This document shows positions 1 to 12,137 of a stretch of 64,000 nucleotides of DNA, piece by piece. Positions within the stretch are counted from its first letter, which is position 1; every line of letters starts with the position of its first letter. The notes beneath the pieces were generated by a model. It was not told the DNA's origin and ran no database searches. It saw only the letters and a list, made by a program, of their open reading frames with translations. The translations under genes and the position numbers were made by a program. This DNA is from Candidatus Palauibacter sp. (lineage in GTDB: Bacteria > Gemmatimonadota > Gemmatimonadetes > Palauibacterales > Palauibacteraceae): NCBI RefSeq assembly GCF_965197445.1, contig NZ_CBDANE010000005.1, positions 1,067,369 to 1,131,368 of the forward strand, read 5' to 3'.

Positions 1-23
1 CGCGGCCCACTCGAGGGCCGCGT

Positions 24-1915
24 TCATGCTGCCGCCGTGGGTTTCTGAAACTGCAGGCGGTGAAGCTGCGCGTAGAGGCCGCCCTGCTCGAGCAGAGTGT
101 CGTGCGTACCCGACTCGCTGATGCGCCCGCGGTGGAGGACGAGAATCCGGTCGGCTCCCTGAATCGTCGAGAGCCGGTGCGCGATGACGAGGCTCGTTCG
201 CCCCCGCATGAGATGCTCGAGCGCTGTCTGAATCTCCGCTTCGATCTGCGAGTCCACCGAACTGGTGGCTTCGTCGAGCAGCAGGATGGGCGGGTCGCCG
301 GCGAGGGCGCGCGCGAACGAGACGAGCTGCCGCTCGCCGACCGAAAGGTTGCCGCCCCTCTCGCTCAAAGGCTCGTCGTACTTTTTCGGCAGCCGCGCGA
401 GGTGGCGGTCGACCCCCACCTGCCGCGCCGCATCCCGAATCTCGGCCGTGCCGATTCCCTCCCGATCGAGCGAGATGTTATCCGCCGCGGTTCCGGAAAA
501 GAGATAGACGTCCTGCAGCACGAGTCCCATCCGATGGCGCAGGTCCGCGAGCCGCAGATCCCGAATGTCGACCCCGTCGAGCGTGATCCTGCCGCGCTGC
601 GGCTCGTAGAACCGCATCAGAAGGCTGAACAGCGTCGTCTTGCCGGCTCCGGTGGCCCCGACCACTGCCAGCCGCTGGCCCGGATCGGCTACGAAACTGA
701 TTCCGCGGAGTACCCAGCCATCGTCGGGCCCGTCCTGATCCAGCCTCCCCTCGGCGCCCTCCCAGGCCGCCGCGTTTGCCAGCGCGGGCGTCGTAATGCC
801 CGCCGCGTCCTCCTCCGGCGAGAGGTACCGGAACCACACGTCCTCGAACTCGATCCGGCCCTTCACGGCTGGCGGGAGCTCGACCGGACGGCGCGCATCC
901 TCGATCCCCGGGCTCTCGTCCAGGAGCCGAAAGATCCGCTCCGAACTCGCCATCGCACCCTGGAGGATGTTGTATTTCTCCGACAGATCCTGGATGGGAC
1001 GGAAGAACCGTCTCGCGTACTGGAGGAAGCCGGCGATCACTCCGATCGTCAGCGTCCCCTCGAGAGCCCGGCCGCCGCCGTACCAGATGATGAGGGCCAG
1101 CGCGACCGAAGCGAGCACCTCGATCACGGGGAAGAAGAGCGCGTAGTAGGTGATCGAGCGGAGATGCGCCTCGAGGTGATCGTCGTTGATCTCCCGGAAC
1201 CACCGCGTCGCCGTCCTCTCCTGGCGGAACAGCTGCACCACCCGGACTCCGGTGATCCGCTCCTGCAGGTAGGCGTTGATCCGCGCAAGCCGGACCCGGA
1301 TGTCGCGGTACGCCTCGCGGACCTTCTTCCGGAAGAGCCAGGCCGCGCCGAACACGAGCGGAAGCACCGCGAAGGTCACCAGGGCGAGCCGCCAGTCCAT
1401 GACCAGCATCGCCACCATGATGAAGGCGACGGTGAACACATCCCCGAAGATCGTGACGACGCCCGAGGTGAACATCTCGTTCAGGACCTCGACGTCGCTC
1501 GTGAGCCGGGTCATCAGCCGTCCGACCGGGTTCCGGTCGTAGTAGGCGAGCCGGAGGCGCTGGAGATGACGGAAGATCTCCTGCCGAAGGTCGAGCATCA
1601 CGTTCTGGCCGATCCACGTGGTGAGGATCGTGCGCGCGTACTCGAGTACGCCGGAGAGCAGGAGCGCGACGAAGAAGATGATCGCGAGGTTGCGGAGGGC
1701 GGCGAAGTCGCCGCGCGGGATGGCGCCGTCGATGACCTCCATGGTCAGCCAGGGGCCGACCAGCGCCAGGGCGGACGCCGCGATGAGCATGACCACGGCG
1801 ATCGCGACCCTGAGCCGGTAGGGCCTGAGGTAGGCGAGCAACCGCCTCATGAGGTGGGCGTCGTACGCCTTGCCGAGCGCTTCTTCTTCCTGGAGCGGGC
1901 CGTCGGGCGTTTGCA
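24..1915 (-). CDS. ABC transporter, fused permease/ATP-binding exporter (MsbA/lipid A exporter-like)
   Basis: The N-terminal half has the ABC exporter transmembrane domain (six predicted TM helices). The C-terminal half has Walker A GATGAGKTT, the signature LSVGERQ and Walker B ILLLDEAT. Start is set at the internal Met (MQTPDGPLQ...); the upstream in-frame extension to 2030 would overlap uvrA. An unusual ~35 aa insertion (SPEEDAAGITTPALANAAAWEGAEGRLDQDGPDDGW) lies between the FRY segment and the VLRGISF segment. Confidence 0.85.
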
Positions 1916-1991
1916 TGCCCCATAGTACGGACTGGGCCACTCCCTTCCAATCAGGTTGGCGCGGGTCCGCGCCGCCGGCCATCATCCTCAT

Positions 1992-4916
1992 ATGAGCGAC
2001 CGGATCAGGGTCCGAGGCGCCCGGCAGCACAACCTCAAGGGCGTCGACATCGATATCACGCGCGGGGCCCTCACGGTCCTCACGGGGCCTTCCGGCTCGG
2101 GGAAATCGAGCCTCGCCTTCGACACGATCTACGCCGAAGGGCAGCGCCGTTACATCGAGTCCCTCTCCACGTACGCGAAGCAGTTCCTCGAGCGGATGCC
2201 CAAGCCGGCCGTCGATCTCGTCGAAGGCGTGAGTCCCTCCGTCGCCATCGACCAGAACAACCGCGTCCAGTCGAGTCGTTCGACGGTGGGGACGATCACG
2301 GAAGTCTACGACTACCTGAGACTCCTCTGGGCCCGCGTCGGGACGACCGTATGCCCCGACTGCGAGCGCCCCGTCGTGCCGGACACGGTGACTTCGGCCA
2401 CCGACGCGCTGCTCGATCTGGGGTCGGAAGTTCGACTCGCCATAGCCTTCCCGGTCGCCCGCGAAGAGCGTGGAGCCGGCACCGGAGCTGTGGAGAACCT
2501 CACAGCGCGCGGCTATGTGCGGGTGCAGGCCGACGGCGACGAGATCTACCTGCCGGACATCGACCTCGAGGAGAGTGCGGGCGAGGACGCCGCTGGGGCG
2601 CTGACGCGGGCGACGGAGCTGCTCGTGGTGGTGGACCGCGTCGTGGCCCGGGAGGAGGACCGCGAACGGATCGCGGACTCACTCGCGGCCGCTTTTGCCG
2701 AAGGCGGTGGCGCCGCGGTGGCGCTAGCCTGGCGAAGGGGTTCGGAGACTCCGGAACGCCACGAGTTCGAGGAATCGTACCGGTGCGCGGCGTGCGGGCG
2801 CGGGTTCCCCCGACCGACGCCGGCGACGTTCAGTTTCAACAGTCCCGCCGGCGCGTGCGGCGTGTGCACCGGGTTCGGCGCGGTACTCGAATACTCGCCC
2901 CGCCTCATCGTCCCCGACCCCGGGCGTTCACTCGAAGCGGGGGCACTGGATCCCTGGGAGAAGCCTCGCTACTCCCGCGCCAGATCCCGGCTGCGAGGGT
3001 TCGCGCTGTCGGCAGGAGTCGACATGGCGGCCCCGTGGGAGACGCTTCCGGAGGGGGCGCGCGACGTTCTCATGCACGGAGGGACGTACGCCGGAGAGCG
3101 ATTCCGAGGAATGATTCCTTTCCTTCGTTCCAAGGAGAACAAGCGATACAAAGCGTACATCCGCGTCTTTCTCCGCCAGTATCAGCTCCCGAAGCGGTGC
3201 TCCGGCTGTGGCGGGACGCGGCTGAAGCCGGAGGCCATGAACGTCCGGGTGGGCGGCCGACATATCGCCGGAGTCGCCGGGCGCACCGTGGGCGAAATCG
3301 CCCGCTGGCTCTCGGAGGACCTCGATCTTCCGCCGTTCGGGCGCCAGGTGGCGGCGACCATCCTGCGCGAACTCGAGCACCGACTCTCGTTCCTGGCGCA
3401 AGTCGGTCTGGCGTACCTCACGCTGGACCGTCAGGCGCGATCGCTCTCCGGCGGGGAGATGCAGAGAATCCGGCTGGCCAGCTGCCTCGGGAGCCGGCTC
3501 GTGAACACGCTGTACGTACTCGATGAGCCGACGATCGGGCTTCACCCGTACGACATCGCGGCGTTTGCCGGCGTGCTCGAGCGACTCGCGGGCCGCGACA
3601 ATACCGTGCTGGTTGTCGAGCATGAACCATCGCTCCTCGAACGGGCCGACCGGATCGTGGAACTGGGCCCGCGCGCAGGGGAACAGGGGGGCGAAATCGT
3701 GTTCGAGGGTACGTGGGCGAGCCTGCTGGCGTCGGACACCGGTACCGGGCGGGCGCTGGCCCGCCGGGCGACGGGGGCGAGGTCGCGTGGGGACGAGCGC
3801 GGTGCGGATCGACCGGTCCGGCGGCACACCCGATCCGGCGGAGCGGCGACGACCGGGGAACTCGTCCTGCGCGGGGCCACGCTGCACAACGTCCGGGGCG
3901 TCGACGTGTCGATTCCCCTCGGGTCGCTTACGCTCGTGACCGGCGTCTCGGGATCCGGCAAATCGACGCTCGTGCGCGGGGTGCTCTTCCATGCGCTCGA
4001 GCAGGAAGTTGCCGGCCGGTCTTCGGCCAAGCCGCACCTCGGCGAACCCGCGGGCTCCTGGGATCGACTGGAGGGGGCCGAGTCTCTCGAGGATGTCGTA
4101 CTCGTCGACCAGCGGCCGATCGGGCGCACCCCGCGCTCGAACCCGGCCACCTACATCGGAGCATTCACACCTCTGCGCAGCGCGTACGCGGCCACACCCG
4201 AGGCGCGCGCCCGTGGGTACGAGGCGGGGTATTTCTCCTTCAACCGGGCGGGCGGCCGGTGCGAGCGGTGCAAGGGTGCGGGCGAGGAGACGGTGGAGAT
4301 GGTCTTCCTGGCGGATGTCTCCGTTCCCTGCGAGGCGTGCGACGGCTCGCGGTACCGTCCCGAAGTGCTGGAAATCGGGATCCGCGGCCGCTCGATCCGT
4401 GACGCGCTCGACATGACCGTCGACGAGGCGATCCGGTTCTTCATCCGCCACGATCGCCTGGGAGCGAAGTTGTGGCACCTGCAGCGGGTGGGCCTCGGCT
4501 ATCTGCGGCTGGGCCAGCCGGCGACGACCCTCTCCGGCGGCGAGGCGCAGCGACTGAAGATCGCACGTGAACTCGCGCGGCGGGGACGCGCCGGCAGGCG
4601 GCTCTACATCCTGGACGAACCCACCGTGGGGCTCGGTGTCGGCGAGGTCGGCACTCTGACCAGTGTGCTCCGCGAGCTGGTGGGGGAGGGCCACACCGTG
4701 GTCGTGGTGGAGCACAACCTCGACCTGGTCGCGGGCGCGGACTGGGTCATCGACATGGGGCCCGGGCCCGCGGACGACGGAGGGAGGATCGTGGCGGCGG
4801 GTCCGCCCGCCGCGATCGCCGAAGCCGATGGGTCCCGAACCGGAGTGTTCCTGAGGGCGCGCGCGGCCCGCCTCGAAGCGGACGCCCACGTTGCCGCGGC
4901 CGCGAGACCGGCGTGA
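1992..4916 (+). CDS. uvrA: Excinuclease ABC subunit A
   Basis: Two ABC ATPase modules ([12 protein letters not shown]... and [11 protein letters not shown]...), zinc-finger Cys pairs ([32 protein letters not shown]), and LSGGE signatures. Start taken at [15 protein letters not shown], a typical UvrA N-terminus. Confidence 0.9.
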   Translation: MSDRIRVRGARQHNLKGVDIDITRGALTVLTGPSGSGKSSLAFDTIYAEGQRRYIESLSTYAKQFLERMPKPAVDLVEGVSPSVAIDQNNRVQSSRSTVGTITEVYDYLRLLWARVGTTVCPDCERPVVPDTVTSATDALLDLGSEVRLAIAFPVAREERGAGTGAVENLTARGYVRVQADGDEIYLPDIDLEESAGEDAAGALTRATELLVVVDRVVAREEDRERIADSLAAAFAEGGGAAVALAWRRGSETPERHEFEESYRCAACGRGFPRPTPATFSFNSPAGACGVCTGFGAVLEYSPRLIVPDPGRSLEAGALDPWEKPRYSRARSRLRGFALSAGVDMAAPWETLPEGARDVLMHGGTYAGERFRGMIPFLRSKENKRYKAYIRVFLRQYQLPKRCSGCGGTRLKPEAMNVRVGGRHIAGVAGRTVGEIARWLSEDLDLPPFGRQVAATILRELEHRLSFLAQVGLAYLTLDRQARSLSGGEMQRIRLASCLGSRLVNTLYVLDEPTIGLHPYDIAAFAGVLERLAGRDNTVLVVEHEPSLLERADRIVELGPRAGEQGGEIVFEGTWASLLASDTGTGRALARRATGARSRGDERGADRPVRRHTRSGGAATTGELVLRGATLHNVRGVDVSIPLGSLTLVTGVSGSGKSTLVRGVLFHALEQEVAGRSSAKPHLGEPAGSWDRLEGAESLEDVVLVDQRPIGRTPRSNPATYIGAFTPLRSAYAATPEARARGYEAGYFSFNRAGGRCERCKGAGEETVEMVFLADVSVPCEACDGSRYRPEVLEIGIRGRSIRDALDMTVDEAIRFFIRHDRLGAKLWHLQRVGLGYLRLGQPATTLSGGEAQRLKIARELARRGRAGRRLYILDEPTVGLGVGEVGTLTSVLRELVGEGHTVVVVEHNLDLVAGADWVIDMGPGPADDGGRIVAAGPPAAIAEADGSRTGVFLRARAARLEADAHVAAAARPA

Positions 4917-5959
4917 GGGACGCGGCGGAACCGAGCGTCTCGGTCCTCCTGCCATGCCGCGATGCGGGACAGTTTCTCGGCGACTGCATCGAGAGCCTGC
5001 GGGCGCAGTCCGAGTCGCGTTTCGAGGTGCTCGCCCTGGATGACGGGTCGAGGGACCACACGGGTGCCCTGCTCCAGGCGTGGGCCGAGCGCGATTCGAG
5101 GGTGCGGCTCGTCGACCGCGACGGCTCGGGGATCGTGGCGGCGTTGCGGCGGCTGGCCCGCGAGGCGCGATCGCCGCTCATCGCCCGCATGGACGCGGAC
5201 GACATCGCACGCCCCGGACGGCTGGCCGCGCAGCTTCGCCTTCTGGCCCGGCGACCCGGCATCGCCGCGTGTGGGACGGGCGTCCGCTACTTCCCGCGCC
5301 CTCCCGCCGGCTCCGGCTATCGGCGCTACGAGGCGTGGCTCAACGGCCTGATCGATCCTGTCACGGTCGAGCGGAACCTGTTCGTCGAATGTCCCATCGC
5401 GCATCCCACTCTGATGGTGCGGCGCGACGCGTTCGAAGCGGTCGGCGGCTATCGCGAGACCGACGGACCGGAAGACTACGACCTGGTCCTGCGCCTTGCC
5501 GCCGAGGGGCACGGGCTGACCAACGTTCCGGAGACCCTGCACGAATGGAGGCTCGGCGCCCATCGGCTGTCGGAGCGGTCGGCACGCTACGGCGCCGATG
5601 CGTTCCGGAGCCTGAAGGTGTCTTTCCTGGCCGCCGGGCGCCTGCCGCGGGACCGGCCGCTCGTGATCTGGGGTGCCGGCAAGGTTGGAAAAGCCTTCGC
5701 CCGCGCCTGGCTGAGGCAGCCCGCGCCCAGAGGCTCGATGGTCCCGATCGCCGCGTTCGTCGATCTGGATCCGCGCAAGATCGGACAGAACATCCACGGG
5801 GCCGTCGTCATCAGACCCGAAGCGCTCCCGGAGTTCGCCGCCCCCGTCCGCCCGTATGTGCTGCTCGCGGTGGGGTCGCCCGGAGCCCGCCGCGAGATCC
5901 GGGAGGCGCTCGACGCCATGGATTACCGGGAGATCGAGGACTATCGAGCCGTGGCCTGA
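4913..5959 (+). CDS. Glycosyltransferase family 2 with a C-terminal extension domain
   Basis: N-terminal GT-A fold motifs (SVLLPCRD, LALDDGSRD, DADD). GTG start overlaps the uvrA stop (GTGA). Confidence 0.7.
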   Translation: MRDAAEPSVSVLLPCRDAGQFLGDCIESLRAQSESRFEVLALDDGSRDHTGALLQAWAERDSRVRLVDRDGSGIVAALRRLAREARSPLIARMDADDIARPGRLAAQLRLLARRPGIAACGTGVRYFPRPPAGSGYRRYEAWLNGLIDPVTVERNLFVECPIAHPTLMVRRDAFEAVGGYRETDGPEDYDLVLRLAAEGHGLTNVPETLHEWRLGAHRLSERSARYGADAFRSLKVSFLAAGRLPRDRPLVIWGAGKVGKAFARAWLRQPAPRGSMVPIAAFVDLDPRKIGQNIHGAVVIRPEALPEFAAPVRPYVLLAVGSPGARREIREALDAMDYREIEDYRAVA

Positions 5960-7020
5960 CAGCCGAGCAGTTCCCATTGCACGTCTTCGAATTCTCGAAG
6001 CAGATCGGCCCCGTACGCGGATGAAGGCGTCTGATAGCCGACCTTCACGTCGCCACCGAGCGCGCGTGCCGCAATGGCGACCGCTGTCATCGCGGTGAAG
6101 CCATAGGGGTCGGGTGTCCGCAGGCGCGCCGCGGCGCGTTGCCCACCCGGATCTTCGATCTCCGCGACGAGGATCGCGTAACTCCTGCGGCGCGCGGAGT
6201 CGCTCGGCCCCTCCGGCCCGCGGTCGACCAGGCGGTTCAGCAGCGCCTGCGCGGTCCGCCCGGCGAGCAGCCATCCGATGCTGCGGCTCATGCGTGTGAG
6301 GCCGCTGAAGAGACGGTTCGCCTGGCTGTACGTCTCGATGTTGGCGATGCCCGTCGACCTGTACGCCGTCGAGACATCACCGAGCACGCTGACGAGGGCC
6401 GCGCGTGGGGGCTCCCCGAAGTCGAACTCATGGTGCAGTTGGCCGGGGCGGACCCTCGTGATCACGCCATCGCGCCGAATGCGAAAGTTGTTGACGCTCT
6501 CCAGAATCGTTCGCGTCGTCCCGCGGGACGTGCGGCTCCGGGCCCCGAGGCCGAGCCTCAGAACTCGGCCGCCGGGGTGTCGCGCGGCGAGATCGGCGAT
6601 CAGGCAATCGCTGGGTACGACATCGAACCCGACGCCCGGCAGGACCATGATTCCCGCTTCTCCGGCCGCCGCATCGCGGGCGGCCAGCATCTCGAACACC
6701 TCGATCTCTCCGGTGATGTCGAGATAGTGCGAGCGCGTCGTGAGGCAGGCCTCGTACATCGGGAGGGCCGTCCGGGAAAAGGGCCCGGCGCAATGCAGGA
6801 CCACCGCTATGTCCTCCAGGGCCGCCGCGAGCCGATCCGGCTCGTCCAGACCGACAGCCCTGGTCTCCAGCCCCGGAGTCGGCGCCATCGCCGCGAGCCT
6901 GGCGGCGTCCCGCCCCGCCAGGACGGGGCGCAATCCGGATCGCACCGCCTCGGCCGTCACGAGTCGACCCGTGTATCCGGTGGCGCCGTAGATGAGCAGC
7001 TTCGATTCACTCACGGTCAA
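5941..7020 (-). CDS. Saccharopine dehydrogenase-like NAD(P)-binding oxidoreductase
   Basis: N-terminal Rossmann motif LLIYGATGYTGRLV and the overall saccharopine dehydrogenase NADP-binding architecture. Confidence 0.7.
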   Translation of the reverse strand: MTVSESKLLIYGATGYTGRLVTAEAVRSGLRPVLAGRDAARLAAMAPTPGLETRAVGLDEPDRLAAALEDIAVVLHCAGPFSRTALPMYEACLTTRSHYLDITGEIEVFEMLAARDAAAGEAGIMVLPGVGFDVVPSDCLIADLAARHPGGRVLRLGLGARSRTSRGTTRTILESVNNFRIRRDGVITRVRPGQLHHEFDFGEPPRAALVSVLGDVSTAYRSTGIANIETYSQANRLFSGLTRMSRSIGWLLAGRTAQALLNRLVDRGPEGPSDSARRRSYAILVAEIEDPGGQRAAARLRTPDPYGFTAMTAVAIAARALGGDVKVGYQTPSSAYGADLLREFEDVQWELLGCQATAR

Positions 7021-7124
7021 ACCCCGCTGGGGAACTGGATTCCCGGAAGGTGCGCGACTACCGTGCCACCGCGTAAGTGCCCACGCTTCGCGGCCCGTTG
7101 GGCGTCGACACCCGAGGACCTGCC

Positions 7125-7727
7125 ATGCGGCTCCTGCTCGTCAGCGACTTGCACACCGACCTCCACGCGGCGACCTCGATCGCCGAACGGGCGCCCGACT
7201 TCGACGCGGTCGTGGGAGCGGGTGATTTCGCGGTCAGGCGTCGAGGGCTGCACCGGATCGTGCGCGTCCTGTCCGCGATCGAGACGCCGACCGTCCTCGT
7301 ACCGGGAAACGGCGAATCGGCCGGGGAACTTGCGGAGGCGTGCGCCGGCTGGCCGGCGGCCCACGTCCTGCACGGCACGGGCGTCGACATCCGGGGCGTG
7401 CCGTTCTTCGGACTCGGTGGCGGGGTGCCCGTGACGCCGTTCGGACCCTGGAGCTACGACTTCACCGAAGACGAAGCGCGGGAACTCCTGGCGGACTGCC
7501 CGCCCGGGGCCGTGCTGGTGTCGCACTCCCCCCCGCTGGGGCATGCGGACCGCGACCGCGCCGGCCGGCACATCGGCAGCGTTGCGGTCCTCGAGGCGAT
7601 CGAGCGCACCCGGCCCCGACTGGTCGTGTGCGGTCACATTCACGACTCCTGGAAAGTCCGCTCCCGGGTGGGCGATACGCCCGTCGTGAACGCCGGTCCG
7701 GCGGGGGTTGCCTGGCGGCTCGACTGA
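7125..7727 (+). CDS. Metallophosphoesterase (calcineurin-like phosphoesterase)
   Basis: Motifs MRLLLVSDLH, GDF, GNGE, and VSHSPP...GH; start at MRLLLVSDLH. Confidence 0.7.
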   Translation: MRLLLVSDLHTDLHAATSIAERAPDFDAVVGAGDFAVRRRGLHRIVRVLSAIETPTVLVPGNGESAGELAEACAGWPAAHVLHGTGVDIRGVPFFGLGGGVPVTPFGPWSYDFTEDEARELLADCPPGAVLVSHSPPLGHADRDRAGRHIGSVAVLEAIERTRPRLVVCGHIHDSWKVRSRVGDTPVVNAGPAGVAWRLD

Positions 7728-7909
7728 GGGAAACGGTCGCCTTTGACGGGCTATGTTTTCGGAACGCGCGAAGAGGCGGTCCGAAAGTCGCGAAACGCCC
7801 CAAAAACCGGTAAGTTACAAGGCTTTCCCGAGCGTGGCCGGGCTTCTCCGGAGACCCGCCGCCGCCGCGCCCTCGGGGATCTCGCAAACGCCCGTTCCGA
7901 TCGGAATCC

Positions 7910-10429
7910 ATGACCACCGACAGCACCACCGACAGCGTAGAACGCGTCGAGCCGAGACGGCTCGAAGACGAGATGCGCGACTCGTTCATCGACTACTCGA
8001 TGAGCGTGATCGTGCAGCGTGCACTGCCCGATGTCCGTGACGGCCTGAAACCCGTGCACCGCCGGATCCTGTTCGCGATGCACGAGGCAGGGCTCGGGCC
8101 GACGAGGCCGTATCGAAAGAGCGCCACGGTCGTCGGCGACGTCATCGGCAAGTACCACCCTCATGGCGACTCGGCGGTCTACGACTCGCTCGTCCGGATG
8201 GCGCAGGACTTCTCGCTCCGGTATCCGCTCGTTGACGGCCAGGGCAACTTCGGCTCGGTGGACGGCGATTCCGCCGCGGCGTACCGCTACACCGAGGCCC
8301 GGCTGGCCGGCTTCGCGAGCGAGTTGCTCGGCGATATCGACAAGGAGACGGTCGCCCACACGCCCAACTTCGATGACAGGCTGCGGGAGCCCACCGTGCT
8401 GCCGTCGGCGCTCCCGAACCTGCTCGTCAACGGGTCGTCCGGCATCGCTGTCGGCATGGCGACGAATATCCCGCCTCACAACCTCCGCGAAGTGGCCGCG
8501 GCGTGTCATCAGCTGATCGAAGCGCCCGACACGACGCTGGAAGGGCTGATGGATATCATCCGCGGCCCCGACTTCCCCACCGGAGGCACCATCTTCGGCG
8601 GCGCCGGCATCCGCGAGGCCTACCGGGAGGGCCGGGGCCGAATCGTCATGCGGGCCAAGGCGGACATCGAGGAAGGCAGGGACGGCCGCGATCGGATCAT
8701 CGTCCGCGAGATCCCGTTCATGGTCAACAAGACCCGGCTGGTCGAGCAGATCGCGGGCCTCGTGCGCGACAAGAAGGTCACGGACATCTCCGACCTCCGC
8801 GATGAGTCCGACCGCGACGGCATCCGCGTCGTCATCGAACTGAAGCGGGACGCGGTGCCGCAGATCGTGCTCAACCAGCTGTTCAAGGGCACGCAGCTCC
8901 AGTCCACGTTCGGCGTCATCATGCTCGCGCTCGTCGACGGTGAACCACAGGTGCTGGACCTCAAGACGATGCTCGAACATTTCCTCGAGCACCGGCACGA
9001 GGTCGTGGAGCGGCGCACTCAGTTCGAGCTGCGGGTGGCGAAGGACCGGGAACACGTCCTCGAGGGTCTGAAGATTGCCGTCGACCACATCGACGAGGTC
9101 ATCAGGATCATCCGCGGGTCCGCCGAGACCGAGATCGCCGCCGCCCAGCTCCGGGGCGCCTTCGAACTCAGTGAGCGGCAGGCCGATTCGATCCTCAACA
9201 TGCGGCTGGCACGCCTCACGGGCCTCGAGATCGAAAAACTCGAAGATGAGTTGGCCAAGGTCCGCGTTCGCCGGCGGGAACTGGAAGAGATTCTCTCCTC
9301 GCGCCGCCGCCGGATGGAGATCGTCGGGCAGGAGTTGTCCGCGCTGGTCGACAAGTTCGGTGACGAGCGCCGGACCGAGATCGTGCCCGACACCTCGAAT
9401 CTGACGGACGAGGACCTGATCGCCGAGGAGCGCATGGTGATCACGGTGTCCCACACGGGGTACATCAAGCGGATCGAGCCGCACGTCTACCGGTCGCAGC
9501 GGCGCGGCGGCCGCGGGATCGCCGGCATGGGGACGAAGGAGGAGGATTGGGTGGAACATCTCTTCCTCGCCTCGACCCACGACTACCTCCTCATCTTCAC
9601 GACCGCGGGCCGGATGTACTGGCTCAAGGTCTACCAGATCCCCCCCGCCCGCCGTACGGCGCGCGGGAAGCCGATCGTGAACCTGCTGAGGATGGGGAAG
9701 GGAGAGAAAATCGCGTCCATCGTGAGGGCACGGGAGTTCTCGGAGGACCGCTTCCTCATCTTCGCCACCCGCCGGGGACTCGTGAAGAAGACGAGCCTGG
9801 CCGCCTACCGGCACGTCCGCGTGGGAGGACTGGAGGCGATCAATATCCTGGACCGCGATCGGTTGATCGACGTCCAGCTCAGCGATGGCTCCAACGACGT
9901 GATCCTCGCCACCCGGCTCGGAGTGTCGATCCGTTTCTCGGAGGAGGATGCCCGGGTGACGGGTCGCAGGACTCAGGGCGTGATGGGAATCAGACTCCGG
10001 CGCAAAGACGACGTGATCGGGATGGTCGTGGTGCGGCGCGAAGGCGACCTGTTGACCGCGACGGAACTGGGCATGGGGAAGCGGAGCAACGTGGAGGACT
10101 ACCGGAGCCAGAGGCGCGGGGGGAAAGGCGTCATCAACCTGAAGGTGACCGACAAGTCGGGACAGGTGGCGGCCATCCGCGAGGTGACGGATGACGATGA
10201 GTTGATGTTCGTGACCCGAAACGGTGTCATCAATCGACAGATGGCCGAGGGCATCCGGACCATCGGACGCAACACGCAGGGCGTGCGGCTGGTCGCGCTC
10301 GACGAAGGGGACGAACTCGTGGATGTTGCGTGCCTCATCGACCCGATCGGGACGGACCCGGATGACGATGAGGTGGAGGTGGAGGTGGGGGTGGAGGAGT
10401 CGGTCGCGTCCGGCGGGAGCGAGGAGTGA
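7910..10429 (+). CDS. gyrA: DNA gyrase subunit A
   Basis: N-terminal [27 protein letters not shown] and the catalytic Tyr region [12 protein letters not shown]-terminal beta-pinwheel repeats. Acidic C-terminal tail [15 protein letters not shown]. Confidence 0.95.
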   Translation: MTTDSTTDSVERVEPRRLEDEMRDSFIDYSMSVIVQRALPDVRDGLKPVHRRILFAMHEAGLGPTRPYRKSATVVGDVIGKYHPHGDSAVYDSLVRMAQDFSLRYPLVDGQGNFGSVDGDSAAAYRYTEARLAGFASELLGDIDKETVAHTPNFDDRLREPTVLPSALPNLLVNGSSGIAVGMATNIPPHNLREVAAACHQLIEAPDTTLEGLMDIIRGPDFPTGGTIFGGAGIREAYREGRGRIVMRAKADIEEGRDGRDRIIVREIPFMVNKTRLVEQIAGLVRDKKVTDISDLRDESDRDGIRVVIELKRDAVPQIVLNQLFKGTQLQSTFGVIMLALVDGEPQVLDLKTMLEHFLEHRHEVVERRTQFELRVAKDREHVLEGLKIAVDHIDEVIRIIRGSAETEIAAAQLRGAFELSERQADSILNMRLARLTGLEIEKLEDELAKVRVRRRELEEILSSRRRRMEIVGQELSALVDKFGDERRTEIVPDTSNLTDEDLIAEERMVITVSHTGYIKRIEPHVYRSQRRGGRGIAGMGTKEEDWVEHLFLASTHDYLLIFTTAGRMYWLKVYQIPPARRTARGKPIVNLLRMGKGEKIASIVRAREFSEDRFLIFATRRGLVKKTSLAAYRHVRVGGLEAINILDRDRLIDVQLSDGSNDVILATRLGVSIRFSEEDARVTGRRTQGVMGIRLRRKDDVIGMVVVRREGDLLTATELGMGKRSNVEDYRSQRRGGKGVINLKVTDKSGQVAAIREVTDDDELMFVTRNGVINRQMAEGIRTIGRNTQGVRLVALDEGDELVDVACLIDPIGTDPDDDEVEVEVGVEESVASGGSEE

Positions 10430-11424
10430 GCCGCGCGGCCACGGCCCTGGTTTCGATCGCCGACGTCGAGGACGCCTACGCCCGGATTCGGGGGGCGGTC
10501 CGGCGCACGCCCCTGATTCCGGCGCCGCTTCCGCGGCCCGGAGGGCGCGCCGCCACGGATGCCGGCGAGACGCTGTGGCTCAAGTGCGAGAACCTTCAGC
10601 GGGTGTCGGCGTTCAAGGCGCGGGGCGCGTACAACTTCGTGAGCCGCCTGTCTCCGGCCGAGCGGGCCGCCGGGCTGCTCACGTACTCGTCGGGCAACCA
10701 CGCCCAGGCAGTGGCCTGGGCCGCACGCGAGTTCGGGGTGCCGGCCAGGATCGTGATGCCGGTCGATGCCCCCGACGTGAAGCGCACGGCGACGATCGCG
10801 CTCGGGGCCGAGGTCGAACTCGAAGGCACGACCTCTTCCGAGCGCAAAGCGCGGGCCGAGCAGATCCAGCGTGAGGCCGGAGGGACGATGGTGCCCCCGT
10901 TCGACGACCCCGACATCATCGCGGGCCAGGGGACCGTCGCCCTCGAGGTCGTCGAGCAACTCGGTACGCGGAAACCGGGGATGGTGCTGGCGCCGATCGG
11001 GGGTGGCGGCCAGCTGTCCGGCGTGGCGGCGGTCGTGCGGCGCCGGTGTCCCGAGGCCGAGGTGATCGGTGTCGAGCCCGCCGGAGCGGCCTCCATGCTT
11101 CGCTCGCTGGAGCACGGCGCGCCCGTGACGCTCGACCGCGTGTCGACGGTCGCCGATGGCCTCAAGCCCGTGCGGCCCGGTGACCTCACGTTCGCGCACT
11201 GCCGTGATCTCGTGGACTGGGTCGTCACCGTGGAGGACGACGCGATTCGGGATGCCGTGCGCTGGCTCTTCGGCCTGCGGCTGGTCGTAGAGCCGTCGGG
11301 CGCGGCCACGGTGGCCGCGCTGCTCAGCGGCGTTGTGGACCCTGCGGCGCAAGGCGAGACCGTGGCGATCCTGTCGGGAGGCAACATCGAGCCGGCGCTG
11401 CTCGCCGAGTGGATCCGCGGTTGA
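10426..11424 (+). CDS. PLP-dependent threonine/serine dehydratase (threonine ammonia-lyase family)
   Basis: PLP lysine motif [11 protein letters not shown] and the glycine-rich loop [13 protein letters not shown] start overlaps the gyrA stop (GTGA). Confidence 0.8.
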   Translation: MSRAATALVSIADVEDAYARIRGAVRRTPLIPAPLPRPGGRAATDAGETLWLKCENLQRVSAFKARGAYNFVSRLSPAERAAGLLTYSSGNHAQAVAWAAREFGVPARIVMPVDAPDVKRTATIALGAEVELEGTTSSERKARAEQIQREAGGTMVPPFDDPDIIAGQGTVALEVVEQLGTRKPGMVLAPIGGGGQLSGVAAVVRRRCPEAEVIGVEPAGAASMLRSLEHGAPVTLDRVSTVADGLKPVRPGDLTFAHCRDLVDWVVTVEDDAIRDAVRWLFGLRLVVEPSGAATVAALLSGVVDPAAQGETVAILSGGNIEPALLAEWIRG

Positions 11425-11450
11425 CGGTCCCCGCGGGCGGCGAGGCCCCC

Positions 11451-12137
11451 ATGCTCGTGCTGTTCGATATCGATGGGACGCTGATGCACGCCGCGGGGGC
11501 CGGCCGCGCCGCGATCGAGGGCGCCATGGTCGAGGTGTACGGCACCTCCGGTCCCATCGACGAACTCCCCTTCGACGGAATGACCGATCCCCAGATCGCG
11601 CGCACACTGCTCCGGGCGGCGGGCCTCTCGGGGGCCGCGATCGACGCGGGCCTCGACCGGCTGTGGACCGAATACACTGCCCGCCTGCAGCGCGAGGTCG
11701 TCGAGCGGCGTGGACGGATGCGACCGGCGCCTGGTGTACCGGCGATCCTCGATGCGCTCGAAGAGGCGGGGGTGGCCCTGGGGCTCGTGACCGGCAACAT
11801 CGTGGCCGGCGCCCAGGGCAAACTCTCCGCGGTCGGACTCTGGCACCGGTTCCCGTTCGGCGCCTTCGGGTGCGACGACGCCGACCGCAACCGGCTCCCG
11901 CCGATTGCCCTCGACCGGGCCTACCGCCATACCGGAACGCGCTATGGCCCGGGTCACACGTGGGTCGTCGGCGACACGCCGCACGACATCGCCTGCGCCC
12001 GCGAGTCCGGCCTGCCCGTGCTCGGCGTCGCGACCGGACGCTTCTCGGTGGCTGATCTCCGGCGAGCCGGCGCGAACGAAGCCTTTCCATCGCTGCTGGA
12101 CACAGGCCGCGTGATGTCGACGCTCGCTCGCGCATGA
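11451..12137 (+). CDS. HAD-superfamily hydrolase (phosphoglycolate phosphatase-like)
   Basis: Motif I LFDIDGTL and C-terminal motif GDTPHDI. An alternative TTG start at 11421 would overlap the upstream stop. Confidence 0.7.
   Translation: MLVLFDIDGTLMHAAGAGRAAIEGAMVEVYGTSGPIDELPFDGMTDPQIARTLLRAAGLSGAAIDAGLDRLWTEYTARLQREVVERRGRMRPAPGVPAILDALEEAGVALGLVTGNIVAGAQGKLSAVGLWHRFPFGAFGCDDADRNRLPPIALDRAYRHTGTRYGPGHTWVVGDTPHDIACARESGLPVLGVATGRFSVADLRRAGANEAFPSLLDTGRVMSTLARA

Noticed and set aside
60-1925. Long plus-strand ORF (621 aa) antisense to the ABC exporter
   Set aside because: Arg/Pro/Gly-rich low-complexity translation, typical of out-of-frame or antisense ORFs in 70% GC DNA. The opposite strand has a well-supported ABC transporter.
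2928-4955. 675-aa minus-strand ORF opposite uvrA, and many other long shadow ORFs (for example 7751-9814, 10099-12459, 20638-21855, 36683-38260, 19518-21146, 57973-59496)
   Set aside because: All have Arg/Pro-dominated composition and no motifs, and each is fully overlapped by a high-confidence gene on the other strand or in another frame.
11421-11450. TTG start at 11421 (TTGA overlap) for the HAD hydrolase
   Set aside because: The ATG at 11451 gives the canonical short N-terminus directly before the DxDGT motif. The upstream extension is not conserved-looking. Kept as an alternative.
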